Assembly (NCBI GenBank): GCA_045613785.1
Contig: JAZLBQ010000003.1
Coordinates: forward strand, 32,001 to 96,000
Origin: Candidatus Enterousia sp.
Lineage (GTDB): Bacteria; Pseudomonadota; Alphaproteobacteria; Rs-D84
Direction: 5' to 3'
Length of the DNA stretch: 64,000 nucleotides
Shown here: in pieces, positions 42,755 to 52,645 of the stretch
Layout: the number at the start of each line of letters is the position of its first letter
Numbering within the stretch: the first letter of the stretch is position 1
Program-made: the position numbers and the translations under genes
The notes under the pieces: generated by a model
What the model was told of the DNA's origin: nothing
The model's database searches: none
What the model saw: the letters and a program-made list of their open reading frames with translations, nothing else

Positions 42755-43183
42755 CTATTTGAAGCTTTCGGCAGCGGTGCGAGCCAGTATATCGACCCGT
42801 TCGTTCATTTCATTGCCAGCGTGTCCTTTGACCCAATGCCAATGGATTTTTTTTGTTGATGCCAATTCGTCTAGTTTCTGCCACAGGTCTTGATTTTTGA
42901 CGGGCTTTTTGTCGGCAGTTCGCCAGTTGTTTTTCTTCCAATTTTTGACCCAGGATAACATACCGTTTTTTACATACTGGCTGTCTGTGTGGATTTCTAG
43001 TTCGTTATGACGGGCGGCCGCCGTCAACGCACAGATAACCGCTGTTAGTTCCATCCGATTGTTTGTAGTTTCTTTTTCGCCGCCACTGCGTTCGGCTGTA
43101 TGAACGCCATCAGTTGCAACAAAGCCCCATCCGCCAGGCCCAGGGTTGCCCAGGCAACTGCCATCTGTCCAAATTTTTAACAT
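42755..43183 (-). CDS. rnhA: Ribonuclease HI
   Basis: TDGSCLGNPGPGG, TTNNRMEL, TDSQY, WVKGHAG, NERVD. Confidence 0.97.
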   Translation of the reverse strand: MLKIWTDGSCLGNPGPGGWGFVATDGVHTAERSGGEKETTNNRMELTAVICALTAAARHNELEIHTDSQYVKNGMLSWVKNWKKNNWRTADKKPVKNQDLWQKLDELASTKKIHWHWVKGHAGNEMNERVDILARTAAESFK

Positions 43184-43219
43184 TTTTATATACGTCCTTT
43201 TTGTGATATAATATCACAT

Positions 43220-44998
43220 ATGAACTATAAATCCAAAGACTTAAAAGAAATGGCGAATGCTGTCCGGGCGTGGGCAGTAAATAGCGTGCGGTTGGCTGGC
43301 AGTGGACACGTGGGGATTGTGTTGGGGGCGGCCGATATTATAACTGTAATTTATGCAAATTTTTTGCGTCGTGGACGGGACAGATTTGTTATGTCTGCTG
43401 GGCATGGCAGTGCGTTGCTTTATTCTGTGTTAAAGTTGGCGGGATATAATGTTGGAGATTTGAATTCTTTTCGTATGTTAGGCGGATTGCCAGGACATCC
43501 AGAATATGGAATTGACGGTGTTGATGCAACCACAGGACCGTTGGGCTGTGGTGTTGGTAATGCGGTTGGTATGGCGTTGGCAGAAAAAATAAATCGTGCA
43601 GATTCGACAATTTATTGTCTGTGTTCCGATGGTGATTTGATGGAAGGTGTCGCAAATGAAGCAATCGCTTTTGCAGGACAATATAGGTTAAATAATCTGG
43701 TTTTGTTGTGGGACGATAATGGTGTTAGTATCGATGGTGCGGCATTGGTTGATTGTGATATTCCGTTGCGAATGATGGCAGCAGGGTGGAAAGTGTTGTC
43801 TGTTGATGGTAATGATTTTGTTCAATTAAATCGTGCGTTGCAGATGGCTAAACGATCTAGACAACCGGTCTTTATACAGTGCAAAACAGAAATTGGTCAG
43901 GGGTTGAGTGTTGCAGGAACTAATAAAGCCCACGGGTTGGCTGTTTCAGACAAGGAATTGATTTTGTTGGTTCAGCAACTGGCAACTCAACAGGGTGATG
44001 AATTGTGGCGTAATGTTGCGATGGAACAAGTGGCGGTTGTTGGTGGCGAAAACAAAAAGGTTTTGCCTAATGCGTCGATGCCTGTCGTTGATGAAAATAT
44101 TTCAACACGTGAATTGTCTGGGATTTATTTGAACGAATTGTTAAAGGCTGGTGCCGATATCGTTGGGGGCAGTGCAGACCTGGGGGGCAGCACAAATGTT
44201 CGGGTTGAAAAATCACGTGATATTACTGCGAACGATTTTTCTGGGAACTATGTGAATTTTGGTGTTCGTGAAAACGCAATGGGGGCGATTATGAACGGTA
44301 TGGCAATCGCTGGTTTGCGTGTGTATGGTTCGACTTTCTTGGTGTTTAGTGATTATTTACGACCAAATATCCGATTGGCTGCCTTGTCGGGATTGCCAGT
44401 TGTTTATGTGTTTAGTCACGATAGCGTTGCAGTTGGTGAAGATGGTCCAACGCATCAGCCAATTGAACAATTGCCAGGATTGCGTATGGTGCCAAATTTG
44501 AATGTTTTTCGACCTTGTAATGCACCAGAGGTTATGTATGCATGGCGGCGTGCCTTGGGCGAAAAAAATACCCCGACGGCGATTGTTTTATCTCGGCAGA
44601 AGTTTAAGCAGATTTCGACACCGCTGGGGGCAGATTTAAATCGTGGGGCATACGTTATTCGTGCCGCAAAAACAGCACGTGTGTCAGCGACTATTTTAGC
44701 AACGGGAAGTGAAGTGCCGTTGGCTGTTTCGGTTGCTGAAAAGTTGGGGGCAGATGTTCAGGTGGTCTCTGTGATTTCTGTGTCAGATTTTAGAAGCCAA
44801 GATGCTGAATATAAACAGCAGATTTTGCAGGGCTTTGTCGTTGCGATAGAGGCAGCAGCAACAGCACCGTGGTTTGAGTTTGCAGATGCAGTTGTTGGTA
44901 TTGATTCTTTTGGTGTTTCAGGATCGGGAAGTCGGGTCTATTCAGAAATGGGATTCGATGCTGATGCAATTGTTGCTGATATAAAAAATAAATTATGA
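43220..44998 (+). CDS. tkt: Transketolase (compact, 592 aa)
   Basis: SGHVG, SAGHGS, PGHPE, DGDLMEG, FGVRE, VGEDGPTHQP. Confidence 0.95.
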   Translation: MNYKSKDLKEMANAVRAWAVNSVRLAGSGHVGIVLGAADIITVIYANFLRRGRDRFVMSAGHGSALLYSVLKLAGYNVGDLNSFRMLGGLPGHPEYGIDGVDATTGPLGCGVGNAVGMALAEKINRADSTIYCLCSDGDLMEGVANEAIAFAGQYRLNNLVLLWDDNGVSIDGAALVDCDIPLRMMAAGWKVLSVDGNDFVQLNRALQMAKRSRQPVFIQCKTEIGQGLSVAGTNKAHGLAVSDKELILLVQQLATQQGDELWRNVAMEQVAVVGGENKKVLPNASMPVVDENISTRELSGIYLNELLKAGADIVGGSADLGGSTNVRVEKSRDITANDFSGNYVNFGVRENAMGAIMNGMAIAGLRVYGSTFLVFSDYLRPNIRLAALSGLPVVYVFSHDSVAVGEDGPTHQPIEQLPGLRMVPNLNVFRPCNAPEVMYAWRRALGEKNTPTAIVLSRQKFKQISTPLGADLNRGAYVIRAAKTARVSATILATGSEVPLAVSVAEKLGADVQVVSVISVSDFRSQDAEYKQQILQGFVVAIEAAATAPWFEFADAVVGIDSFGVSGSGSRVYSEMGFDADAIVADIKNKL

Positions 44999-45001
44999 AA
45001 A

Positions 45002-45700
45002 ATGTCTGACTATGTTTTTACTTTGTCGTCAGGTGAAGAAGTGCCAGTGGTTATCACAGGACGACGTGGTGTTCGAAATATTACGTTGCGTCCGAAAAAT
45101 ATTCCAAGACGTGAAATTTGTATTTCAAAACCATGGTTGGTTTCTGATGCAGCAGCAATTCGGTTCTTGGTTTCAAAGCAAAGTTGGATAGAGTGCATCT
45201 TTCAAAAATGTCCAGCTAAGGTTGTGATAAAGCCTGGTGATGAAATTGAATTCTTGGGGCGGCGTGTGTTGCTGCAACATAATCCAAATGTGCGTTTGAA
45301 CAAATTTAATGATGATAAATCTGTGTTGGTAATCGGTGGTTCTGTCGATATGTTTGAACGCAGGGTTCGTGATGTTATAAAAAGTGAATTTTTATCTGTA
45401 TTAAAGGAAATGGTGCGTAGTGCACCAGGCGATTTCTGGCCAAAACGTATCGCAATACGTGATACTTCGTCACGTTGGGGCAGTTGTTCATCCAGTGGGA
45501 CGATGTCTTTTTCGTGGCGTTTGGCGTTTGCACCACTGGATGTTATGCGGTATGTCGTTATGCATGAATTAGCACATAAAAAACATATGGATCATTCGCA
45601 ACAATTTTGGGCAACTGTGCGTGAATTGTATGGCTTTGGCGTTGAACGTGCAAAGCGTTGGTTGTCGCAAAATGGTGGACAATTACATCAGTATTTTTAA
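45002..45700 (+). CDS. YgjP/DUF45 metal-dependent hydrolase
   Basis: SRWGSCSS, YVVMHELAH…HSQQFW. Confidence 0.88.
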   Translation: MSDYVFTLSSGEEVPVVITGRRGVRNITLRPKNIPRREICISKPWLVSDAAAIRFLVSKQSWIECIFQKCPAKVVIKPGDEIEFLGRRVLLQHNPNVRLNKFNDDKSVLVIGGSVDMFERRVRDVIKSEFLSVLKEMVRSAPGDFWPKRIAIRDTSSRWGSCSSSGTMSFSWRLAFAPLDVMRYVVMHELAHKKHMDHSQQFWATVRELYGFGVERAKRWLSQNGGQLHQYF

Positions 45701-45760
45701 TCGGATAACGTTCCTGTGGCGTCTTTGTGTGTAATGCGTTATTATGTTGGTATATCTTTC

Positions 45761-45853
45761 CGGGATGCAGAACGAATTCAAATTAGCAAAAAAAGCTAAC
45801 GCCAAGAAACTTCTTTTCTTTCGTTATGTGTATTTGAATTTTTATGCATCCCG
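45761..45853. ncRNA. Candidate structured RNA
   Basis: Outer stems CGGGATGCA/TGCATCCCG and AATTCAAAT/ATTTGAATT enclosing two small hairpins; T tract follows on the + strand. Confidence 0.35.
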
Positions 45854-46047
45854 CCTGTTTTTTTATGTTTGTGCTTGAAAAAACAAAAAAAAGTCCTATC
45901 ATTAGTGGGTAATGCAAAATAAATGTTTTATTTTTGTTGCTTTCCATCACGCCCATGTGGGCGAATATTAGCATATAAATTTTTTTTGTGGTATAATTGA
46001 CATTGATAATGTCGTGATTTTTCATAATAACAATAGGAATAAAAAAG

Positions 46048-47340
46048 ATGGATTTAAAACCAACAAAACCATTGTCGGGATTTATAGAATTGACACCAAT
46101 TCAACAACGTTGTTTTGATGAATGTGCACAACGTATGCAAAAAGTATTAAAAATTGCAGGATTTAGTCATCTGGATTTGCCTGCAATCGAACGTGCAGAA
46201 GTTTTGACAGACAAAGATAACTGGGACGAAATTGAAACACAGATGTTCTTGTTCCAAAAAGGTGATACAAAAATGGGTTTGCGTTATGACGGAACTGTTG
46301 GGTTATCACGCTATGTCGCAGGAAATATGAATAATTTGGTGTTTCCGTTCAAGGCTTATCAATTTGCAAGAAATTATCGTGGAGAACGTCCACAACGTGG
46401 TAGATATCGTGAATTCTATCAGATGGATTTAGATATTATGGGGATAAATTCGCTGTCAACAAATTATGATGCGGAAATTGTTGCTACGTTGTCACGTGTG
46501 TATGACTCCGTCGCTGAATTTATTGGCCCAACTGTCGTTCGTGTCGGAAATAGAAAGTTTTGGAATGCTATGTTCGATTATTTAGATTTAAATTCTGAAA
46601 AACGTCGTAGTGCATTTGTCTTGGTTGACAAGAAAGACAAACTGAAAGATTTTGTTGGTGCTTTGACTGAAGAAATTGGAAAGGATGCCGCTGATGAAAT
46701 CAATAGAGTTTTTGTTGATGGGTATAAGGCTTTTGCGGGAAAATCCGATGATTTAGATGCTGCGATTGCAGAACTGGATAATTTTATGCAATTGTTAAAT
46801 GCTATGGGGGTTAAAAACGCAAAAATTGATTTGGGAATTATGCGTGGTCATGCATACTATACAGGTGTTGTGTTTGAATTCTTTCTGGAAAAGTTCCCTG
46901 AATTAGGGGCTGTTGGCGGTGGTGGACGATATGAAGATTTGGCGTCCAAGTTTTCAAAAACCAAAATAATTGGTGTTGGTGCTGCTGTTGGATTTTCTCG
47001 TCTCATGGTTGCGTTGATGGATGAAAATAGAATTGATTTGACACAGTTTGAATCGCCAATTGATGTTGCTGTGTTGTGTATGGGAACTGATAATGTAGTG
47101 TATTCTATGTCTGTGCTGGGGGCGTTGCGAGATGCAGGTATTGCATCGGTTGCATATTTGGATGCAGACAAAAAGTTTAAAAATCAAATAGAATATGCTG
47201 ACAAGATAAAGGCAAAATACAGCATTATTATCGGCGAAGACGAAGTTAAAAATAATCGTGTGTCGATAAAAAATATGAAAACGGGCGAACAATTGGAAAT
47301 GACAATTGATTTAGCAGTCGTTTTGGTAAAGGGTGTATAA
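46048..47340 (+). CDS. hisS: Histidyl-tRNA synthetase
   Basis: LRYDGT, YRGERPQRGRYREFYQ, RGHAYYTG, GGGGRY. Confidence 0.96.
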   Translation: MDLKPTKPLSGFIELTPIQQRCFDECAQRMQKVLKIAGFSHLDLPAIERAEVLTDKDNWDEIETQMFLFQKGDTKMGLRYDGTVGLSRYVAGNMNNLVFPFKAYQFARNYRGERPQRGRYREFYQMDLDIMGINSLSTNYDAEIVATLSRVYDSVAEFIGPTVVRVGNRKFWNAMFDYLDLNSEKRRSAFVLVDKKDKLKDFVGALTEEIGKDAADEINRVFVDGYKAFAGKSDDLDAAIAELDNFMQLLNAMGVKNAKIDLGIMRGHAYYTGVVFEFFLEKFPELGAVGGGGRYEDLASKFSKTKIIGVGAAVGFSRLMVALMDENRIDLTQFESPIDVAVLCMGTDNVVYSMSVLGALRDAGIASVAYLDADKKFKNQIEYADKIKAKYSIIIGEDEVKNNRVSIKNMKTGEQLEMTIDLAVVLVKGV

Positions 47341-47341
47341 G

Positions 47342-48406
47342 ATGATTATTGAACAGAAATTACGTGATATTCAAACTCGTGCGTCTGATATAGAACGTCA
47401 GATGAATTCCGGAGATGTGTCTGGTGATGAACTGACCAAGTTGTCTAAGGAATATTCACGTCTGGCGGAAATCTTGCCGTTGATAAACGAATACTTTCAG
47501 GTCGTTGCAGGCATTGCAGATGCCAAAGAAATGCAAAATGATGCGGAATTACGTGAAATTGCAAATGAACAGTTGATTGAGCTGAATCATAAATTGCCAG
47601 AAATTGAGCGAAATTTGCAAATTGCATTGTTGCCACGTGATGATGCTGATGATAACAGTGTGATTATGGAAATTCGTGCAGGCGTTGGTGGTGAAGAATC
47701 TGCATTGTTTGCAGGGGATTTGTATAATCAATATAAATCTTATGCTTTGCGTCAGGGCTGGCGTGTCGAGGTTATCGAAGAAAATGCAACTTCTTTGCGT
47801 GGGTATAAAGAAATTGTCTTTAAAATCGACGGGGCAGGGGCTTATGGTCGTATGAAGTTCGAATCAGGAATTCATCGTGTTCAGCGTGTGCCAGAAACTG
47901 AAGCTGGTGGTCGTATTCATACCAGTGCAGCGTCTGTAGCTGTTATGCCAGAGGCAAAAGATATTGACGTTGTAATCGAAGATAAAGATATTCGTATTGA
48001 TATTTTCCGTGCGTCTGGTGCAGGTGGTCAACATGTCAACAAGACAGATAGTGCAATCCGTATCACACACTTTCCGTCAGGGATTGTTGTGACATGCCAA
48101 AATGAACGTTCGCAGTTGCAAAATAAAATAGCGGCTATGTCTGTGTTGCGTTCTAAGTTGTATGAAAAGCAGCGTGAAGAACAGATGAATGCAAGTAATG
48201 CTTCTAGAAAAACAATGGTTGGCTCAGGCGACAGAAGTGAGAAAATCAGAACTTACAATTTTCCAGAACAACGTGTGACAGATCATCGTATAAAACTGAC
48301 TTTGTATAAGTTAGATGATATTTTGGCTGGTGGTGCTGGACTTGATGAAATGATTGATGCCTTGATTGCTGCGGATCAGTTGGAACAACTGGCAAATATG
48401 GAGTAG
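47342..48406 (+). CDS. prfA: Peptide chain release factor 1
   Basis: VPETE (PxT), GAGGQHVN, RTYNFP. Confidence 0.97.
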   Translation: MIIEQKLRDIQTRASDIERQMNSGDVSGDELTKLSKEYSRLAEILPLINEYFQVVAGIADAKEMQNDAELREIANEQLIELNHKLPEIERNLQIALLPRDDADDNSVIMEIRAGVGGEESALFAGDLYNQYKSYALRQGWRVEVIEENATSLRGYKEIVFKIDGAGAYGRMKFESGIHRVQRVPETEAGGRIHTSAASVAVMPEAKDIDVVIEDKDIRIDIFRASGAGGQHVNKTDSAIRITHFPSGIVVTCQNERSQLQNKIAAMSVLRSKLYEKQREEQMNASNASRKTMVGSGDRSEKIRTYNFPEQRVTDHRIKLTLYKLDDILAGGAGLDEMIDALIAADQLEQLANME

Positions 48407-48409
48407 CGT

Positions 48410-48700
48410 ATGCGTAGTTTAATGGAAATAAAAACTGCTTATGATGTATGTCAGAAGACTTTGAGTGGTAAAACATTTGCGGAATATACACCATATGATA
48501 GACGGTTGAGATTTCAGCGAAGTGCTTTACGTAATTGTTATGAATCGTATCAGAACTTTGTGTTGCATAAGGCAGAAGTTTTAACCTGGTTGCCAGAAAT
48601 GGATCAGGCTGGGTCGGATTATCAGGTTGTGGCAAATACTTGGCGTTGGTGTTTTGGAATAATTGATAAATTGCCAGTGGAGTTTCAAAGACAGCGTTAA
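48410..48700 (+). CDS. Hypothetical protein
   Basis: GGAG RBS, 3 bp after prfA, ends at a terminator. Confidence 0.6.
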   Translation: MRSLMEIKTAYDVCQKTLSGKTFAEYTPYDRRLRFQRSALRNCYESYQNFVLHKAEVLTWLPEMDQAGSDYQVVANTWRWCFGIIDKLPVEFQRQR

Positions 48701-48728
48701 AAAAATCCCACAAAGTGGGATTTTTTTT
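48699..48728. terminator. Bidirectional intrinsic terminator
   Basis: aaaaaaATCCCAC-aaa-GTGGGAT-ttttttt. Confidence 0.78.
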
Positions 48729-48745
48729 GTTCGATAGATTTTGGT

Positions 48746-49852
48746 TTAGAACAAGTATTTTATATTTAATCCGCCAATCCAACCGTCTTGTGCACCGTCA
48801 TAGCGTCCAAAGTTAGCCGAGAAATTCAGTGTATCAACTGTCTTTTCAAGTGATATGCTGTATTCTGTGTAATTGCCAAATTCAGGTGTTGTGGTTGGTA
48901 ATGAATTTGCAGTTGTGTCGCCGCCAGATGCAAATGTCATTACGTGTGTCAAATTGATTGCACCCATCCAGCCGTTGCTAATATGTTTGATGGCACGAAT
49001 TGATGGAGATACTTCGACCAGGCTTAGTGCGTCGTTTTTCAAAATGTCGCCTGTTGCAGATGTGTAATTTTCGCCTTTTATCCATGTGTAGCCGATATGA
49101 ATTCCTGGTTGCAAGGAAAATGTAGAATCAAGGGCAATGTTGTAAATGGCTTTTACTGTCCCGCCAGCCCAGAAGTTCGTATATTCATCGCTTGCAGAAC
49201 TATATACTTCATATAATTTGGCAGAGTTGTTTAAAACACCCCCGTTTAACGTCAGGTATAAGCCAAAATTGCCAAATGTGTTTCCGTTGTAAATTCCGAA
49301 AAATCCGCCATTGCTGTCAATGTCGATTTCGTGATTTTGCTGGCTGCTGCCGACATATCCTGTGTAAATACCCCATTTTGATAAACCGTTTAGCATTTTT
49401 GTCTGACCGCCAGAAATTCCAAACATCAATGTGTCGTATTTGGTGTCAAGGCGTGAAATGTTATCAAGGTTTGTGTTTCCTGCGGCATGTTGCCAATTTA
49501 ACCATATATTGTTTAGTGCGGCATCTGCATTTAATGTGTCGCCACCGCTACGTCCGGCACGACCGTCGTCATTAAATTCACCGTATAATGGTGCGGTGCC
49601 ATACATTGGTGCATGGCCGTATGTTTTGTTTGGGTCTTCGTTGTTTTGGGCAGACTTGGGTGCAAGCTTGTTTAGTGTTGTGCCCATCGAGCCTAAGAAA
49701 GAATTAAAAGCGTTCGTTGTTATGGTGTGTTGAATTGAACCGATGTTGTATCCGGAAATTGTGTTGGTGTGAACGCTGCTTGGTGTGGCGTTTGCGTTAA
49801 GTGTGCATGCCAATGTGATTATGCTTGCTAAAAAAAATGTGGATTGTTTCAT
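48746..49852 (-). CDS. Autotransporter beta-domain protein with very short passenger
   Basis: Signal peptide, GRSGGD linker, NIWLNW start of barrel, ends GLNIKYLF. Confidence 0.78.
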   Translation of the reverse strand: MKQSTFFLASIITLACTLNANATPSSVHTNTISGYNIGSIQHTITTNAFNSFLGSMGTTLNKLAPKSAQNNEDPNKTYGHAPMYGTAPLYGEFNDDGRAGRSGGDTLNADAALNNIWLNWQHAAGNTNLDNISRLDTKYDTLMFGISGGQTKMLNGLSKWGIYTGYVGSSQQNHEIDIDSNGGFFGIYNGNTFGNFGLYLTLNGGVLNNSAKLYEVYSSASDEYTNFWAGGTVKAIYNIALDSTFSLQPGIHIGYTWIKGENYTSATGDILKNDALSLVEVSPSIRAIKHISNGWMGAINLTHVMTFASGGDTTANSLPTTTPEFGNYTEYSISLEKTVDTLNFSANFGRYDGAQDGWIGGLNIKYLF

Positions 49853-50008
49853 TTTTTTATTCTCTCTTATTTTTTTTTGTGTCCCTTTAATTGCTGATTT
49901 AATTATAGCATAAAAATAGTCTGATTTAAACTAATAAAAGTTTTGTTATTATTGGGTTTTGTATTTTTTATTGTATGTTTTCGGATTTTTGATAAGATAA
50001 AAAGCACT

Positions 50009-50569
50009 ATGAAAGAAAAAAACGAAGACTTTATTGATAGACCCGTGGTGATGGTTGGACTGATGGGGGCAGGCAAAACCAGTGTGGGGCGTGCGTTGGC
50101 GCGACGACTGGGGATTCCTTTTGTGGATTCAGATAAAGAAATAGAGGCGGCGGCAGGTTGTAGCGTTGTTGATATCTTTGCAATGTATGGCGAAGAGGAG
50201 TTTCGTCGTGTTGAGCAGCGTGTTATTGAACGCTTGTTAGATACACCGCCAGCATTAAAAGTCATTTCAACGGGCGAGGGGGCTTTTATTACCCCTGCGG
50301 TGCGAGAAATGGTTTTGGAACGTGCTTTGTCAGTATGGTTGCGTGCAGATTTGGATTTGTTGGTTAAACGAACAGGTGCACGTGATACAAGGCCGCAATT
50401 GTTAAATACGGATAGTCGTAAAATATTAGAGCAACTGATATCTGAAAGATATGAAACGTATGCATTGGCTGATATAACAGTAGAAACGCATGATGAAAGT
50501 CTGCGTAAAACACTGGGGCAAGTGTTGCGTGCGATTGAAGAGTATTCAAACAAACAAGAAAAGGAGTAA
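50009..50569 (+). CDS. aroK: Shikimate kinase
   Basis: GLMGAGKT, DSDKEIE, GEEEFRRVE, STGEG, RPQL. Confidence 0.93.
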   Translation: MKEKNEDFIDRPVVMVGLMGAGKTSVGRALARRLGIPFVDSDKEIEAAAGCSVVDIFAMYGEEEFRRVEQRVIERLLDTPPALKVISTGEGAFITPAVREMVLERALSVWLRADLDLLVKRTGARDTRPQLLNTDSRKILEQLISERYETYALADITVETHDESLRKTLGQVLRAIEEYSNKQEKE

Positions 50570-50571
50570 AA

Positions 50572-51147
50572 ATGACAAAAAAGAACAGTATATTTAAGGA
50601 ATTTGGGACTTTTGTTCAACGTGGAAATGCAATCGATATGGCTGTCGGTATCATTATCGGTAGTGTTATGACGGGGTTGGTGAATTCGTTGGTCAAGGAT
50701 GTTATGATGCCACCGATTGGGTATTTGATTGGCGATATTGATTTTTCGCAGTGGTTTTATACGCTGGGGGCACATGGTGTTCATTATGAAACGATAGAAG
50801 CGGCTCAGGCGGCGGGTGTAACTACGTTGAATGCTGGTGTGTTTGTGAACTCTGTGGTTAGTTTCTTTATAACAATGTTTGCGATATTCTTGTTTGTAAG
50901 AACAATGAATAAAATGCGTGATAAAAAACCGGCAAATACACATGCGTGTCCTTATTGTAAATCTACAATCAATAATGCTGCAACAAAATGTCCATTTTGT
51001 TGTTCTGAGGTAGAGGTGGTAGAAACAGGTGCGGTTGTTGAAAGTGATTTGAAAAAAGGTATTAAATCAGCAACCAAGTTGGTGTCTGGTGTTGCAGATG
51101 AAGCCTTGGGTAAAATTAAAAAAATCAAAAAGATAACAAAGCGTTAG
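50572..51147 (+). CDS. mscL: Large-conductance mechanosensitive channel with C-terminal zinc ribbon
   Basis: EFGTFVQRGNAIDMAVGIIIG, SLVKDVMMPPIG; CPYC…CPFC tail. Confidence 0.92.
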   Translation: MTKKNSIFKEFGTFVQRGNAIDMAVGIIIGSVMTGLVNSLVKDVMMPPIGYLIGDIDFSQWFYTLGAHGVHYETIEAAQAAGVTTLNAGVFVNSVVSFFITMFAIFLFVRTMNKMRDKKPANTHACPYCKSTINNAATKCPFCCSEVEVVETGAVVESDLKKGIKSATKLVSGVADEALGKIKKIKKITKR

Positions 51148-51176
51148 TTTTATGCTTTGATAAACTGGTTTAGTTT

Positions 51177-51207
51177 GAAAAAGACGGGCAAAAGGCTCGT
51201 CTTTTTT
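51177..51207 (+). terminator. Intrinsic terminator after mscL
   Basis: aaaaAGACGGGC-aaaag-GCTCGTCT-ttttt. Confidence 0.75.
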
Positions 51208-51483
51208 GTTGTGGTGCTTATGTGATCTGTGTGCTGATTATGTATAGTTTTGTTTGTGTAGGGTGGTGGTAAGTGTGTGTAGATGGGGTGTTATTTGGTG
51301 CTTAGAGTAATAGAGTGGTGTGTCGTGTGTGAAACAGATGGTTGGGTGTTAGTAAATAAATAAAATTGTATGGGTTCTTTCTGTGTTAGTGTCTGAATTT
51401 TGCGTTTGGTGTGTGGTTGTTTTATGTGTTGATTTTAGTTTGGTTTTGAGGTCTTTTTATAGTGGTGGGGCAGCGATGCACAA

Positions 51484-51511
51484 AAGGCGCATAATGTATA
51501 TTATGTATAGT
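51484..51511 (+). other. dif-like XerC/XerD recombination site
   Basis: AAGGCGCATAA-TGTATA-TTATGTATAGT versus E. coli dif GGTGCGCATAA-TGTATA-TTATGTTAAAT: 20 consecutive identical bases (GCGCATAATGTATATTATGT); intergenic; KOPS converge on it. Confidence 0.85.
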
Positions 51512-51831
51512 TTATGGTGTGGGTGGGTGTGTTTTCTTTCTTTTTTTGTGGTTTTTTAATAGTCTTTTAATGTTGCGTGTGTTTGTGGTGTCGTGAGTGT
51601 TTGTAAAAGGCGTTTTGTGGTGTTTTGCTCGCTTCTGTGTTTTGTTTCTTTTGTTTGGGCTTGTGGTGGTCTGTTGTGTGGCTTTTATAAATGTCTGTGA
51701 GCGTCCAAACGATTGTCGTCTTTTGGTTGTTGGCTTTGTTCTGTTAGATGCTTGTGTGATATCTGTTGTTGTGGCGTGGTTGTAGATGTGGCTCTGTTGT
51801 TGTGATGACTGTCCGTGTGGTGTTTGTTGAT

Positions 51832-51860
51832 TTGGAATTCGTTTAAGTTTGTGGTATAAT
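51832..51860 (+). promoter_or_regulatory. Sigma70-like promoter facing a non-coding region
   Basis: TTGGAA-N17-TATAAT with extended -10 TG. Confidence 0.4.
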
Positions 51861-52392
51861 GTGTGTTGTATTTGGTGGTTCTGTAATTTTTTTGTTTCTT
51901 TATAAAGTTGAAAATCTGTATTTAAAGTAGCAAATATCTTTTTGTTATCAGGCTTAGAATTTAGTTTAGTATCTTGTGATGTTTAATGTGGATTTGCTGA
52001 TTTGTTTGTTGGTGTCAGGTTGGTGTTTGTTATGTTTAAAATGTCAAAAAAGATCCAAAAAAAGCCAAAATTTGTGATTTTTGCCCTACTCTGACCGGAA
52101 AAAACGAAAAAAATGGCGGATTTCTGCGGTTTTTTGGTGCTTTTTGTGTCTGTATGGCGAAAAAAAGTGTTGTTTTGGGGTGGGGAAGTCCGTCGTTTTG
52201 CTGTTCTGCTGTGTGTCAATCGTGTTTTAGTGGCTAAATTTGATGTGATAGCAATAAATCTGTATTCAGGCACAAACGCACCACGAAAAGTGTCTTTGCC
52301 TTTGTTTGTGGCTTTTTGTTTGTTTATAAATATTCCCAGTATCTTTACTGAATGTTCCCCTGTTCTGTGTGCTTTTTATTTGACTGGTTGTC

Positions 52393-52421
52393 TTGACTTG
52401 TTCCCATTTCTTGGCTATACT
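52393..52421 (+). promoter_or_regulatory. Sigma70 promoter
   Basis: TTGACT-N17-TATACT, near consensus; no ORF downstream. Confidence 0.65.
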
Positions 52422-52427
52422 TAGTTT

Positions 52428-52500
52428 AGAACTAGCAGTTGTTCCAGTTGAAAACTCGCTATCGGGTCTGGTCTTTAAGACATCTGCTAGTTTATTTTCT
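52428..52500 (+). ncRNA. Candidate small RNA
   Basis: Starts at the expected TSS; closing stem AACTAGCAG/CTGCTAGTT, inner CCAG/CTGG and CTCG/CGGG, then T-rich tail. Confidence 0.45.
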
Positions 52501-52645
52501 ATTTCTACATTGTGTAAATAAAATCCTGTTCTATCTTCTGTTTTCTTTACAATAACTTCGCAAGTATAACGCTCTTCGTTTTGTTTTTTTATAGTTTTTT
52601 TGTCGTGAAGGTAATTTGTTGTAAAGTTTGTTTATTTTGTTGACT

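Noticed and set aside
49903-50943. 346 aa minus-strand ORF
   Set aside because: Antisense shadow of aroK and mscL.
51597-52424. ORFs 51597..51785, 51983..52273 and 52113..52424
   Set aside because: V/F/C/L-rich or T/K/N-rich products expected from GT-skewed low-complexity DNA; no RBS or motifs.
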